Positions 8,519 to 17,579 of a stretch of DNA of 32,000 bases are shown here, piece after piece. The stretch comes from Geotalea uraniireducens Rf4 (GTDB lineage Bacteria > Desulfobacterota > Desulfuromonadia > Geobacterales > Geobacteraceae): positions 510,001-542,000 of the forward strand of contig NC_009483.1 in assembly GCF_000016745.1 (NCBI RefSeq), in the 5' to 3' direction. Position numbers and translations under genes: made by a program. How positions within the stretch are numbered: the first letter of the stretch is position 1; each line of letters opens with the position of its first letter. A model generated the notes under the pieces. That model was not told where the DNA came from, made no database searches, and saw only the letters and a program-made list of their open reading frames with translations.

Positions 8519-9895
8519 ATGGCAAAACAGGTATGGAGAAAGGGGCGGATCGTGCTGGCGGGCATCTGCGGCGTTGTCGCGCTAACCTTGCTGGCCATGT
8601 GGGGCTGCGGCACGAGCGGGTATGACAATCCCTCGGCCGCAGTGGTGACAACAAAAACCGCCACCGCCCTGATTCAGGCGGCCGACCTGAAGCGATGGGC
8701 GGATGCCGGGCTGGTGAACAAGGCGGGGGGGTATGACCGGGTGGTCATTCTTGAAGTTACCACCAATACCAACAATTATAACGGTGAGCATATCCCCGGT
8801 GCCATCAGCGTAAACCGCGCCACGGATATTGCGGTGCAAAGGGTGGAGGGACCGGCTCTCACAGGTGATCTGGTGGCGGACGGCAAGATGATGGACGCGC
8901 TTATCCAGCGCTGTGGTATCGACCAGAACACCACCATCGTTTTCACGACATCCGAGGCCGAGATGAACGCGGACAATCACTACAATCTCACGCGCGGGTA
9001 TGCGACGTTCCGCTACTGGGGCTTTCCGAAAGAGCGGCTGAAGGTCCTCGACGGCGGCAACAAGGCTTGGAAGGCGGCGGGGCTGCCGATGACCACCATA
9101 GTTCCCGGCATCAAGAGCTCCACGTACTGCGTGACCCCCGATAATACCAACAGGGTTCGCGACGACCTGCGGGCCACCTTGTCCGACATGATCAAGGCGG
9201 TTCAGGCTGTCCAGGCGGGGACGGCCACGTATGATTTCATTGACGGCCGTGCGGATGGTGTGCCCGGTGAAACTCAGGACATTATTGACACAACATTGAC
9301 AGGACCAACATACGATACGACAACAACACCACCAACAATAAAATCGGTAGGTGGACTAAAAAAAGATGTTGTTTTCGAGGGTCAGGTGAAAGGCGGCAGG
9401 GGGTATGCCTATTCCAACCTGCGTGATGTGACCACGAGAAAATTTAAATCGATCTCCGACGTAATCGCCGGTTTGGATCTCCAGAAGCCAACCACCTATG
9501 TCATGTGCCGTTCAGGAAACATTGCCACGGTGCTGTTCTTCGCCATCGACGGCTACGCTTTCTATGACGGCTCAAAAAAGGCCGTTTGGTACGACGGCTC
9601 CTGGGGGCAGTGGGGGCTGATGGCAACTTCCGATCAACTCACTACCGCGGGTATAATTGCGGGAGGCAAACTGCCGGTTGGATCGGCCTGGTCGACGGTA
9701 TCGCTCACCAATATCCTCTCGTACAACAAAGACAACACTTTACGGACTGTCATCGACATTACCTCTCGCCTTGCTCCGGTCTCCCACGCCGATGTGAATG
9801 CCAACCAGACTGAAGAGGCGGACAAGGCGTATCGCAGTCCGGTATCCACCTCCGGTGGCGGTGCTACTGTTGGCGGTGGCGGTGGCGGCTGCTGA
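8519..9895 (+). CDS. extH: Rhodanese-domain outer-membrane lipoprotein (ExtH-like), short paralog
   Basis: GGGAGG RBS. Lipobox LLAMWG-C followed by GTSGYDNPSAAV (compare GTKGYDNPAAV in the paralog). N-terminal rhodanese-like domain without a catalytic Cys (VFTTSEAE). C-terminal catalytic loop VMCRSGNIAT followed by YDGSWGQWG. Tail ...GGGATVGGGGGGC-stop. Confidence 0.75.
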   Translation: MAKQVWRKGRIVLAGICGVVALTLLAMWGCGTSGYDNPSAAVVTTKTATALIQAADLKRWADAGLVNKAGGYDRVVILEVTTNTNNYNGEHIPGAISVNRATDIAVQRVEGPALTGDLVADGKMMDALIQRCGIDQNTTIVFTTSEAEMNADNHYNLTRGYATFRYWGFPKERLKVLDGGNKAWKAAGLPMTTIVPGIKSSTYCVTPDNTNRVRDDLRATLSDMIKAVQAVQAGTATYDFIDGRADGVPGETQDIIDTTLTGPTYDTTTTPPTIKSVGGLKKDVVFEGQVKGGRGYAYSNLRDVTTRKFKSISDVIAGLDLQKPTTYVMCRSGNIATVLFFAIDGYAFYDGSKKAVWYDGSWGQWGLMATSDQLTTAGIIAGGKLPVGSAWSTVSLTNILSYNKDNTLRTVIDITSRLAPVSHADVNANQTEEADKAYRSPVSTSGGGATVGGGGGGC

Positions 9896-9971
9896 TGCCT
9901 TGCTGATGCAGTGACACTCCCCGCCCGCTTAGCTGGGGCAGGGAGCATTTCGATACCAAAGGAGCGAATGC

Positions 9972-11177
9972 ATGATAAAAATCACCAAGACAGTACGAAT
10001 TTCGACAGTGGCAGCCGGCTTGCTTCTGGTTGCCGGTACGGCCTTCGCCGGTCCGCGGATGACCTTCGGCCCCAACGACGAAGGTGCTTTGCAGATCGAC
10101 TACAAGGGGCAGTTACAGATGACGGTCCGGGATACCGGATCGGGCGAGAACAACGACGACACCACCACCAACTTCAACTTCCGCCGCAACCGGCTCGCCT
10201 TCATGGGCAAGTACGGCGAGATGCTGAGCCTCTACGTCCAGACGGAATTCACCGAAGACCAGAACGTGACCACCCTCGGCGTCGCCAGCACCAACCAGGG
10301 GACGGAATTCCAGCTCCTCGACGCGGTGATGCGCTTCAAACTGAACGACAGTTTCCATGTGAACGCCGGCAAGTTCAAGTACAACCTCTCCCGCGAGAAC
10401 CTGGAAGCGTGCGAGATGCCCCTGACTCTCGACCGGTCGCTCTTCATCCGCACCGCCTACACCACCACCCGTGACACCGGGGTAGCGGTGTGGGGCAACC
10501 TGTTCAATGACATCTTCCAGTACCGCGTCGATGCCATGGAAGGGCGCAAGGCCGTGTCTGGAGATACCGCTCCCAGTTCCAATTTCCGCTACTCCTTCCG
10601 CGGCCACGTCACGCTGCTCGACCCCGAGAACGATTACGGCTACAAGGGGACCTACTTGGGGAAGAAGAAGGTTCTGACCATCGGCGGTGCCTATCAGTTC
10701 GAACCGGAGATAGCCTATGGCGATACGGTTGCCAGAACGGACAAGAAGGATTACCAAGCCTGGACGGTTGATGGTTTCTTCGAGTATCCCCTTGAAGGAA
10801 TCGGCACAGTCACCGCTTCCGCTGCCTATGAAGATGTGGACCTGGATGATGCGTACAAAGGAGCCAATCCCGACGCGGGAACCATCGGCCTCAACGGGCA
10901 GAAAAACGGCTGGTACGTGAAGGGGGGGTACATGCTCCCGAACCTTCCGCTGCAGTTTTTCGGCCGCTACGAGAAGTGGCGTTTCGCCAGCCTCAACAAC
11001 ATTTTCGATCAGAAGGTCGACTGGTACGGGGGGGGCGCCAATTACTATTTCCGTGGCCAGAACCTGAAGCTGACCTTCGAGGCGGCACACACTGCCTTCG
11101 ACAAGGAAGGGACGGTCAACGGCGTGAGGAGCAAGGATTTCACGACGTTCGTCACCCAATTGCAGCTCATCTTCTAG
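9972..11177 (+). CDS. extI: Outer-membrane beta-barrel porin (ExtI-like), paralog 2
   Basis: Same length (401 aa) as 4299-5504. After the signal peptide only a handful of substitutions are visible. Ends TQLQLIF. Confidence 0.75.
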   Translation: MIKITKTVRISTVAAGLLLVAGTAFAGPRMTFGPNDEGALQIDYKGQLQMTVRDTGSGENNDDTTTNFNFRRNRLAFMGKYGEMLSLYVQTEFTEDQNVTTLGVASTNQGTEFQLLDAVMRFKLNDSFHVNAGKFKYNLSRENLEACEMPLTLDRSLFIRTAYTTTRDTGVAVWGNLFNDIFQYRVDAMEGRKAVSGDTAPSSNFRYSFRGHVTLLDPENDYGYKGTYLGKKKVLTIGGAYQFEPEIAYGDTVARTDKKDYQAWTVDGFFEYPLEGIGTVTASAAYEDVDLDDAYKGANPDAGTIGLNGQKNGWYVKGGYMLPNLPLQFFGRYEKWRFASLNNIFDQKVDWYGGGANYYFRGQNLKLTFEAAHTAFDKEGTVNGVRSKDFTTFVTQLQLIF

Positions 11178-11225
11178 CCCTACAGCGGTGAAAAGCCGTA
11201 ACAGACTACAAGGAGGCAGGCAGAA

Positions 11226-11546
11226 ATGAAGAAGCTGATGACAACGATATCCGTGTTCTTGGCGACGGTAGCGCTGGCGGCAGTTGCCCTGGCGGCGAAC
11301 GCATCCTTCACCGGCAAGGTGACCAAGATCGACGGCACGAAGGTAACGGTAACGGCCGAGCAGGATATCCCTTCGTGGGTGAAGAAGGGGGCCAACGTCT
11401 CCGCCTTGGGGGGGGCTCCCAAGGTTCTCGAGGTGAAGGGGAAGGAGATGGTATTGCGGTTCGGCAAGGAGAAGGCGGCGACGATCAAGACAGACTCAGC
11501 CGTCACGGTCAACGAGTCGTCGGGCGACGAGCTCCAGGGGTGCTGA
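11226..11546 (+). CDS. extJ: Small secreted protein (ExtJ-like) ending in a C-terminal Cys, paralog 2
   Basis: AAGGAGG RBS, signal peptide, 106 aa, ends SSGDELQGC-stop. Confidence 0.7.
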   Translation: MKKLMTTISVFLATVALAAVALAANASFTGKVTKIDGTKVTVTAEQDIPSWVKKGANVSALGGAPKVLEVKGKEMVLRFGKEKAATIKTDSAVTVNESSGDELQGC

Positions 11547-11599
11547 TACCCGGTGCGGGGGGCTTTGCTCCCCGCGTCTGATTCATTAACGGGAGGAAC

Positions 11600-12955
11600 A
11601 TGATGAAACAACGCGTAACCGGCGTCCTGGTTCTGCTGGCGGCCACTGCTGTTTTGGTCGGGCAGGCTTTTGCCGGCGGCAAGGCGGGGATCGGCTGGGA
11701 GGAGACCATTGTCGCCAAATCGGGCAAGGCGAAGACCCTTGCCGAACTGGCGAAGATGTACGACTCCAGTTCCTGCATCGAATGCCACCAGGACAAGCAT
11801 GACGAAGCACAGAAGTCCATACATTCGCGCTCGATCTACGGCACGGCACGGACGGCGATGACCATAATGACCACCATCGAGAACGGACTGATGGAAGAGC
11901 CGTATTCGGGGGTTAAGAGTCCGAAGGACGTCAAGGTGGAGCACCTGATGGGGTGCGCCAAGTGCCATCTGCCGCAACTGGCTGATGCCGAGGATTCGGT
12001 CGCCCAGGAGCTCGTTACCACCCTCTACAACTGGAAGGGAGCCCTGAAGAAGAAAGACAAGGCTGCGGCGAAGAAAGAAGAGGAAAAACTCAAGAGCGTC
12101 AGCATCAACTGTCTTGTGTGCCACAACCGCAATGCCATCACCCACAAATGGCAGGACGGCTACCCGAAGGCGGGGGTGGTCTACGGCTCAAAGGATGGGG
12201 ACCATCCTTCGGACAAGTTTCCCAAGATGGCTGTAAGTCCCATCATGAGTGAAGCGATCCAGTGCGGCCAATGCCACGGCATGGGGCCGAACCTGGAGCT
12301 TGATGAGCCGACCCAGTGCTGTACGAGTTACGGCAGCTATCTTTGGGCCTACAAGTCCGAGATAGGGCAGGAGAGCTGCCAGGACTGCCACATGAAGAAG
12401 AGCAAGCTCGGCCACAACATCCAGGCATACCGCGATCCGGCGATGGCCAAGGCGGCAGTGGATTTCAAGGCCGAAACATTCGGTTATTACTGGCGCGACG
12501 GCGCAGACATCAAACCGAAAGCGGTGGTCAAGGTGGAAATGATCAACCGGTCCGGCCACTCCATCCCCGACGGCTGACCGACCCCCAACCGACTGGTTCT
12601 GTCGGTAATAGCAAAAACGAAGGATGGCAAAGAAGTGTTCAACCAGGAGAAGATCTACATGCCGGTACCGCAGCAGCTGGGGCGGGGAGACCGGATGGGG
12701 CGCGGCCCCTACGAGAAAAGCGGCATCATCGAGGATACGGGGTTGCCGCCCGGCAAAACTGTCCATGAGCGTTTCGATATCATGTTCCCTATAGATGAGG
12801 TGGAAATGGACGGCAAGTTTGTCAACAAGCCCACGACCTACGATCTGGATATCGAAGTGAAGCTCTGGTACCTGCCTTTCGGAACGCCGAACTCCGACCC
12901 GTTTCTGTGGCGGGAATTCAGCAAGACTGTCAGCATCAGTAAAGGTGGCAAGTAA
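11600..12955 (+). CDS. extKL: Pentaheme c-type cytochrome, predicted selenoprotein (TGA 12575-12577 read as Sec); fusion of track ORFs 11600-12577 and 12635-12955
   Basis: GGGAGGA RBS, signal peptide, five CXXCH motifs. 12635-11600 = 1035 = 3 x 345, so both pieces share one frame. Context ...INRSGHSIPDG-TGA-PTPNRLVLSVIAKTKDGKEVFNQEK.... Confidence 0.75.
12575..12606 (+). promoter_or_regulatory. Candidate bacterial SECIS (paralog 2)
   Basis: TGA at 12575-12577. ACCGAC (12588-12593), TGGTTCT loop, GTCGGT (12601-12606). Confidence 0.6.
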
Positions 12956-12992
12956 GGTAATCTTACTTAACCCATAACCTCCTCATTGTTAT

Positions 12993-13023
12993 GACCGACG
13001 GTCACCACCGTCGGTCTTTTTTT
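12993..13023 (+). terminator. Rho-independent terminator after module 2
   Basis: GACCGACGGT-CACC-ACCGTCGGTC perfect 10-bp stem followed by T7. Confidence 0.85.
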
Positions 13024-13044
13024 ACGGGCACAAGATGAAACACA

Positions 13045-13073
13045 TTGGCGAAAAACAATATATTTACTATAGT
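13045..13073 (+). promoter_or_regulatory. Candidate sigma-70 promoter of the multiheme / Rieske-cytochrome b operon
   Basis: TTGGCG (13045-13050), 17-nt spacer, TATAGT (13068-13073), about 40 nt upstream of ATG 13111. Confidence 0.4.
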
Positions 13074-13110
13074 ACGGTGAAGAATTTTAACGTATCAACT
13101 TCCGGGCAGC

Positions 13111-14973
13111 ATGAGATCATCTAACCCAAAATTGAGCTTTTCCGCGAGGCGCCTGTGGCTGTTTCTGCTTGTACTCCTTGCGCTTACGGGCTGTGGTGTG
13201 CGCAGTGGTAAAACAACCGCATGCGAATCGTGCCATCAGCATATTGAAAAGGTATCAACAAGCCATCCTGACTGTATTTCCTGTCATGGCGGCGACCCTC
13301 AGGAAAAAAACAAGAATGCTTCCCATCTCACCATGTTTGGGCCGAAAAACCCTGCTGCGCCTCAATACTGGGACAAAACCTGTGGCGCTTGTCACCTCTA
13401 TCAACTGGGCAGGGTCAAGGCAAACCTTATGTACACCGCTACCGGGATGATCAAAAACACCCAGATCACCTGGGAGGGTGCGGACAATCAGCTTTACAGC
13501 AGCAAGGGAGGGGATGTTTACGATTCTAAAGGGAATCCGCAACGGTTGAAGCCGGTTTCCGAACTCGACCATTTATCCGGTGAACTGTATCGCAAGTTCT
13601 GCTCGCAATGCCATGTTGCCGAGGAAACAGACGATGTGTACAGCGCCAGTCATGCATCCGGCTGCGCCGCATGTCATTTTCAATATAACAATACGGCAAC
13701 CTACGAGGGTAAGGACGCGACGGTCAGAGGCAAAACTCCCTATTCCGCCAGCCATGCAATGGAAAAGCTTCCCGATAACAAGACCTGTTCCCGCTGCCAC
13801 AATCGGAGTGGCCGGATCGCCCTTTCCTATGAGGGGCTCTACGACGGCAACAACTCAATGGTGCCGACAAAGAACGGTCTTCCCGGGCCGGTTATGCTCA
13901 GTGGCCCCCGCAACGCCGCCCATATTGCCGCTGATGTCCATGCCGCTGCGGGGATGGACTGTATTGACTGTCATACATCGCGGGATGTCATGGGGGACGG
14001 CTATGCCTATGAGAACATGTATCTCCAGACCGAGATCAGCTGTGAGGACTGCCATGGCGGGGCCAAAGTTCCCCGTTACCGGGAAATAACGAGGGAGAAC
14101 GGCGAGGCGCTGCGGGAGTCTAAAAGCTATAGAATGCGGATGCGGCCGGCGATGAAAATGCTGGTGACTGCCAAAGGGCGCACCTACTCCAATGTCTTTT
14201 ACCGGGACGGCGTTGTCTATGTCCTCGGCAAGCGGAGCGGAAAGCTGTTCAAAAGCAAGGTGATCACCGGGACCCCCGAGCATACGATTGTCGGTCACGG
14301 CCGAATGGAATGTTACGCCTGCCATTCGCGGACCGTGGTCCAGTGCTATGGTTGTCATACCACCTATGACAAAACCAAAACCGGCATGGATTTTATCAAG
14401 GGGGTGGAAACCCCCGGTCGCTTCAGCGAGAAGGAAGATTACCGGATGTTGTATCCCTTCCCCCTGGCGCTGAATCAGCGGGGACGGATATCTCCCGTTA
14501 CCCCCGGCTGCCAGACCTTTATCACCGTTATCGAGGCGGACGGCACTACCTCAAAGAACGAATACGTGGCGCGCTACAAAGGGAAGCAACAGTTGCGCTT
14601 CGCCCCGTTTTATTCCCACAACACCGGCAAGAAAGCTATCGGCTGTAGTGAGTGCCACGGCAATCCGGCATTTCTCGGATTCGGCCAGCATGTCGTGGCA
14701 GGCGCCGGCATCTACGGCACGCTGATCTGCGAGCAATCAGCGGACAAGCCTCTTGATGGCTACCTCACCCTGCAAGAGGGGAAGGTGCGGGCGTACTCCG
14801 CCATAACCCGGGAACATTCCCGGCCGCTGAACGGAAAAGAAGTGCGGCGGACCCTGGCGGTCAATATCTGCATCGTTTGCCATGACAAGGCAAAGGATCC
14901 AATTTACCGAAAGGAACTCAACTATCGTGCGCTTAATGATGCTCTGCATCGCCGTCTGCTTTCTGACCGCTAA
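13111..14973 (+). CDS. 12-heme c-type cytochrome lipoprotein
   Basis: Signal peptide with lipobox LALTG-C. Twelve CXXCH motifs counted (CESCH, CISCH, CGACH, CSQCH, CAACH, CSRCH, CIDCH, CEDCH, CYACH, CYGCH, CSECH, CIVCH). Confidence 0.85.
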   Translation: MRSSNPKLSFSARRLWLFLLVLLALTGCGVRSGKTTACESCHQHIEKVSTSHPDCISCHGGDPQEKNKNASHLTMFGPKNPAAPQYWDKTCGACHLYQLGRVKANLMYTATGMIKNTQITWEGADNQLYSSKGGDVYDSKGNPQRLKPVSELDHLSGELYRKFCSQCHVAEETDDVYSASHASGCAACHFQYNNTATYEGKDATVRGKTPYSASHAMEKLPDNKTCSRCHNRSGRIALSYEGLYDGNNSMVPTKNGLPGPVMLSGPRNAAHIAADVHAAAGMDCIDCHTSRDVMGDGYAYENMYLQTEISCEDCHGGAKVPRYREITRENGEALRESKSYRMRMRPAMKMLVTAKGRTYSNVFYRDGVVYVLGKRSGKLFKSKVITGTPEHTIVGHGRMECYACHSRTVVQCYGCHTTYDKTKTGMDFIKGVETPGRFSEKEDYRMLYPFPLALNQRGRISPVTPGCQTFITVIEADGTTSKNEYVARYKGKQQLRFAPFYSHNTGKKAIGCSECHGNPAFLGFGQHVVAGAGIYGTLICEQSADKPLDGYLTLQEGKVRAYSAITREHSRPLNGKEVRRTLAVNICIVCHDKAKDPIYRKELNYRALNDALHRRLLSDR

Positions 14974-16177
14974 CGCGGCAAACGGCAGCGCCGGTGAAAA
15001 CTGCACGGTCTGTCACCGGGTGACCCTCAAAGGTATCCATGCCTCACTGTCGTGCCTTTCCTGCCACGGGGATGAGATCAAGACCCTCGGCAATCCGGCA
15101 GCTGCAGCGAACCGTGCTGCCGGTTGCGTCGGCTGCCACCGGGGGTATGAAGTGCTGTTCGATCACGCCATGGCTACGAGAAAAAGTGAAAAGCTCTTTG
15201 TCGATCGGACAATCGGCACGATCGATCCGGCATTTTTCCGGAACAACTGCAACTCCTGTCACCTGCGTAGCTGCACCGACTGCCATGGGGGAAACGGCCA
15301 CGACATTGCCAGGGCAACGGACCGGAGCTGTTTCACCTGCCACAAGGGGTATTTTGTTGGAACCGATTACTACGGCATGGCCCCGCGGGAGGACAGCCTC
15401 CGCTATCAGCGGGGGGCGGTTGCCTACGGCGAAACATACCTGAAAATGACCCCCGACGTCCACGCGGAGGGGGGGGTGAAATGTGGCGCCTGCCATTCCA
15501 TGCGAAGTCTTGTTGCGGGTTACAAGTCGTCAAAAAAGTGCGTTGACTGTCACAAGGTGAACAAAAAGGTCATTGAACACCGGATCAGCGCCCATCTGGA
15601 AAAGATGGAGTGCTTTGCCTGTCACTCTGCCTGGACCCCGCAGGAATACGGGACGTTCTATCTCCGATTTGCGGAGAGCCCGTCGCAGGATTATTATCGG
15701 GTCCGGAACAACGAGGGCAATTATGTGAAAAGCGCCTACCTGCGCAAGCAGGACGCTCCGCCGCTCGGTATTAATGCTCGCGGCAAGGTCAGCCCGATCC
15801 GGCCGGAGTTTGTGTTCTATTTTACCGACATCAGGAACGACCGGCCGGTCGGGACGGAGAACCGCCTGCTGGCGGCTGAGTGGAAGGCGTTTTTCCCCCA
15901 TACGATCCGCCGCGGAACGGTCATGTGCGAGGGGTGCCACGATAACCCCCGCCGCTTTATCATGGAGAGGCATGAGGACAGGATCTACCAGTTGCAGGCC
16001 GACGGCATGACGCTGCCGTCCTTCTGGGACAGAACCGGTCAAAAGGTAACGAATGGTGATTTTCTTCCCGTTTCACGGTATCTGCAGCTGACGAAAAAGA
16101 GCCCGGCCTACCAGAAAGCGTACATAGAAAAATGGCAGAAGCTGGTCAATCACGTCGAAAATTCATCGCAACCCTGA
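14882..16177 (+). CDS. 10-heme c-type cytochrome
   Basis: Ten CXXCH motifs (CTVCH, CLSCH, CVGCH, CNSCH, CTDCH, CFTCH, CGACH, CVDCH, CFACH, CEGCH). The start is uncertain. ATG 14882 gives a charged n-region plus a hydrophobic core but overlaps the upstream gene by 92 nt. The alternative is ATG 14936. Confidence 0.8.
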   Translation: MTRQRIQFTERNSTIVRLMMLCIAVCFLTANAANGSAGENCTVCHRVTLKGIHASLSCLSCHGDEIKTLGNPAAAANRAAGCVGCHRGYEVLFDHAMATRKSEKLFVDRTIGTIDPAFFRNNCNSCHLRSCTDCHGGNGHDIARATDRSCFTCHKGYFVGTDYYGMAPREDSLRYQRGAVAYGETYLKMTPDVHAEGGVKCGACHSMRSLVAGYKSSKKCVDCHKVNKKVIEHRISAHLEKMECFACHSAWTPQEYGTFYLRFAESPSQDYYRVRNNEGNYVKSAYLRKQDAPPLGINARGKVSPIRPEFVFYFTDIRNDRPVGTENRLLAAEWKAFFPHTIRRGTVMCEGCHDNPRRFIMERHEDRIYQLQADGMTLPSFWDRTGQKVTNGDFLPVSRYLQLTKKSPAYQKAYIEKWQKLVNHVENSSQP

Positions 16178-16524
16178 TCCTGTCGCTGGCGGGACTCTTT
16201 TCCCTCGGCAGGTTCCTCACTCCCCGCGTCCGGCAGAAGAAGACGCTGCTCCGCGCGGCAAAGGCCGACTTGCCGGTCCATGGGGCGCTGGTCTACAAGG
16301 AGGCGAGGGTGGCGGTAATGCGCGAGGGGGATGTCGTCTATGCCCTGAACCTGGTCTGCACCCACCTTGGCTGCACGGTCAATGTCACGCCGACGGAGCT
16401 GGTCTGCCCCTGTCACGGCAGCAGTTTCGACCGGCAGGGGCGTGTCCTGAAAGGGCCTGCGGATCGGCCGCTGCTGCGCTATCGTGTCGAAGAACGGGGT
16501 GATTATTTCGAGGTGGTCGTCTGA
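16132..16524 (+). CDS. Rieske [2Fe-2S] protein with Tat-type N-terminus
   Basis: SRRKFIATL twin-arginine motif plus a TM segment. Rieske boxes CTHLGCTV and CPCHGSSF. Overlaps the upstream gene by 46 nt. Confidence 0.85.
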   Translation: MAEAGQSRRKFIATLILSLAGLFSLGRFLTPRVRQKKTLLRAAKADLPVHGALVYKEARVAVMREGDVVYALNLVCTHLGCTVNVTPTELVCPCHGSSFDRQGRVLKGPADRPLLRYRVEERGDYFEVVV

Positions 16525-16545
16525 TGGACAGCTCCGGAGGTCCGC

Positions 16546-17166
16546 TTGATTAACGAGTTTCTGATGCATCTCTTTCCCCGGGTCGTGCCGAGAAAGAACC
16601 TGACGGTTTCCTATACCTTCTGTCTGGGCGGGTTGGCCTTTACCTCCTTCATGCTGTTGGCGGCTTCCGGGGGGCTGCTCCTTTTCTATTACCAGGCGTC
16701 GCCGGAAAAGGCCTTCAGCTCGATTCTCTTTCTTGAATCGTCCATCTGGGGCGGCCGCTACCTGCGCAGCCTCCACCGGCTTGCCTCCCATTTCTTCCTG
16801 GTGCTCATTCTTCTCCATACCCTGCGGGTCGTCCTGACCGGCGCCTATCAAAAGCCCCGGGAGTGGAACTGGGTTCTCGGGTGCGGACTTTTGCTACTGG
16901 CCATATTCGAGGCTTATACCGGGTATTTGCTCCCGATGGATCAGCTTGCCCTATGGGCCACCCAAACCGGCATGGAGTTGGCCGCCACGGTGCCTATGGG
17001 CTCTTTCGTGCGCGGCATCCTGGTACCCGACGGTGTGGGACAGCCGATGTCGCTTTTACGTTTTTATGTACTGCATATCATGCTTGTTCCGCTGGGCGTG
17101 CTGCTGCTCAGTTTTCTGCACTTCTACCGAATCAGAAAAAACAAGGGGGTTTTACCCTACCTATGA
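16546..17166 (+). CDS. Cytochrome b, b6-type N-terminal half (split cytochrome b)
   Basis: GGAGG lies 5 nt before TTG 16546. YTFCLGGLAF matches the b6 CxGG motif that covalently binds heme ci/cn. Conserved His pairs occur in helices (SLHRLASHFFLVLILLHTLRV; FYVLHIMLVP). Confidence 0.8.
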   Translation: MINEFLMHLFPRVVPRKNLTVSYTFCLGGLAFTSFMLLAASGGLLLFYYQASPEKAFSSILFLESSIWGGRYLRSLHRLASHFFLVLILLHTLRVVLTGAYQKPREWNWVLGCGLLLLAIFEAYTGYLLPMDQLALWATQTGMELAATVPMGSFVRGILVPDGVGQPMSLLRFYVLHIMLVPLGVLLLSFLHFYRIRKNKGVLPYL

Positions 17167-17579
17167 TGCGAGGCTACGTCAGAAGTTCTCCGTACTTTTT
17201 TCGCCGGATCAAAATCGCCATGACGCTCCTGATCTTAGTGCTGCTTATCCTTGCCGCGTTCATTCCGGCGCCGCTGCAGGAACCGGCCAACATCGGCCGG
17301 GTGCCGAATCCGGTCAAATCCGCCTGGTTTCTTCTCTGGATACAGGAACTGGTAAGTTATTCGAAGTACCTCATTTATGCCGTGCTCGCCCTGGCAGCCG
17401 CTTGCATCCTGCTTCCCTGGCTGACGAGGCGGGGAAGCATCGAGCACGCGGCGTGGCTGCAAAGGGATCGCTTGCCCGTAAACGTTGCTGCGCTGTTAGT
17501 CTTTACTGCCATTAGCGCGCTGACGGTCATTGCCATGTTCTTTCGAGGTGAAAATTGGGCGTTCGTCCTGCCGTTCTGA
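17163..17579 (+). CDS. Cytochrome b C-terminal half / subunit-IV-like membrane protein
   Basis: The ATG overlaps the cytochrome b stop (ATGA). Three predicted TM segments. PNPVKSAWFLLWIQELV occupies the position of the PEWY-type Qo motif. The upstream part of track ORF 16863-17579 overlaps cytochrome b in another frame and is discarded. Confidence 0.7.
   Translation: MMRGYVRSSPYFFRRIKIAMTLLILVLLILAAFIPAPLQEPANIGRVPNPVKSAWFLLWIQELVSYSKYLIYAVLALAAACILLPWLTRRGSIEHAAWLQRDRLPVNVAALLVFTAISALTVIAMFFRGENWAFVLPF

Noticed and set aside
10113-11159. 348-aa minus-strand ORF (and 4905-5675, 256 aa) opposite the porin genes
   Set aside because: These are antisense to well-supported porin CDSs. The translations are Val/Gly/Glu/Arg-rich, typical of GC-rich antisense frames, and no start context is present.
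11180-12145. 321-aa minus-strand ORF spanning the extJ-like/cytochrome junction
   Set aside because: It crosses an intergenic region and two plus-strand genes that have RBSs, signal peptides and heme motifs. It is an antisense artefact.
16863-17162. N-terminal 100 codons of track ORF 16863-17579
   Set aside because: They overlap the cytochrome b gene in another frame. A start at ATG 17163, coupled to the cytochrome b stop, gives a sensible membrane protein.
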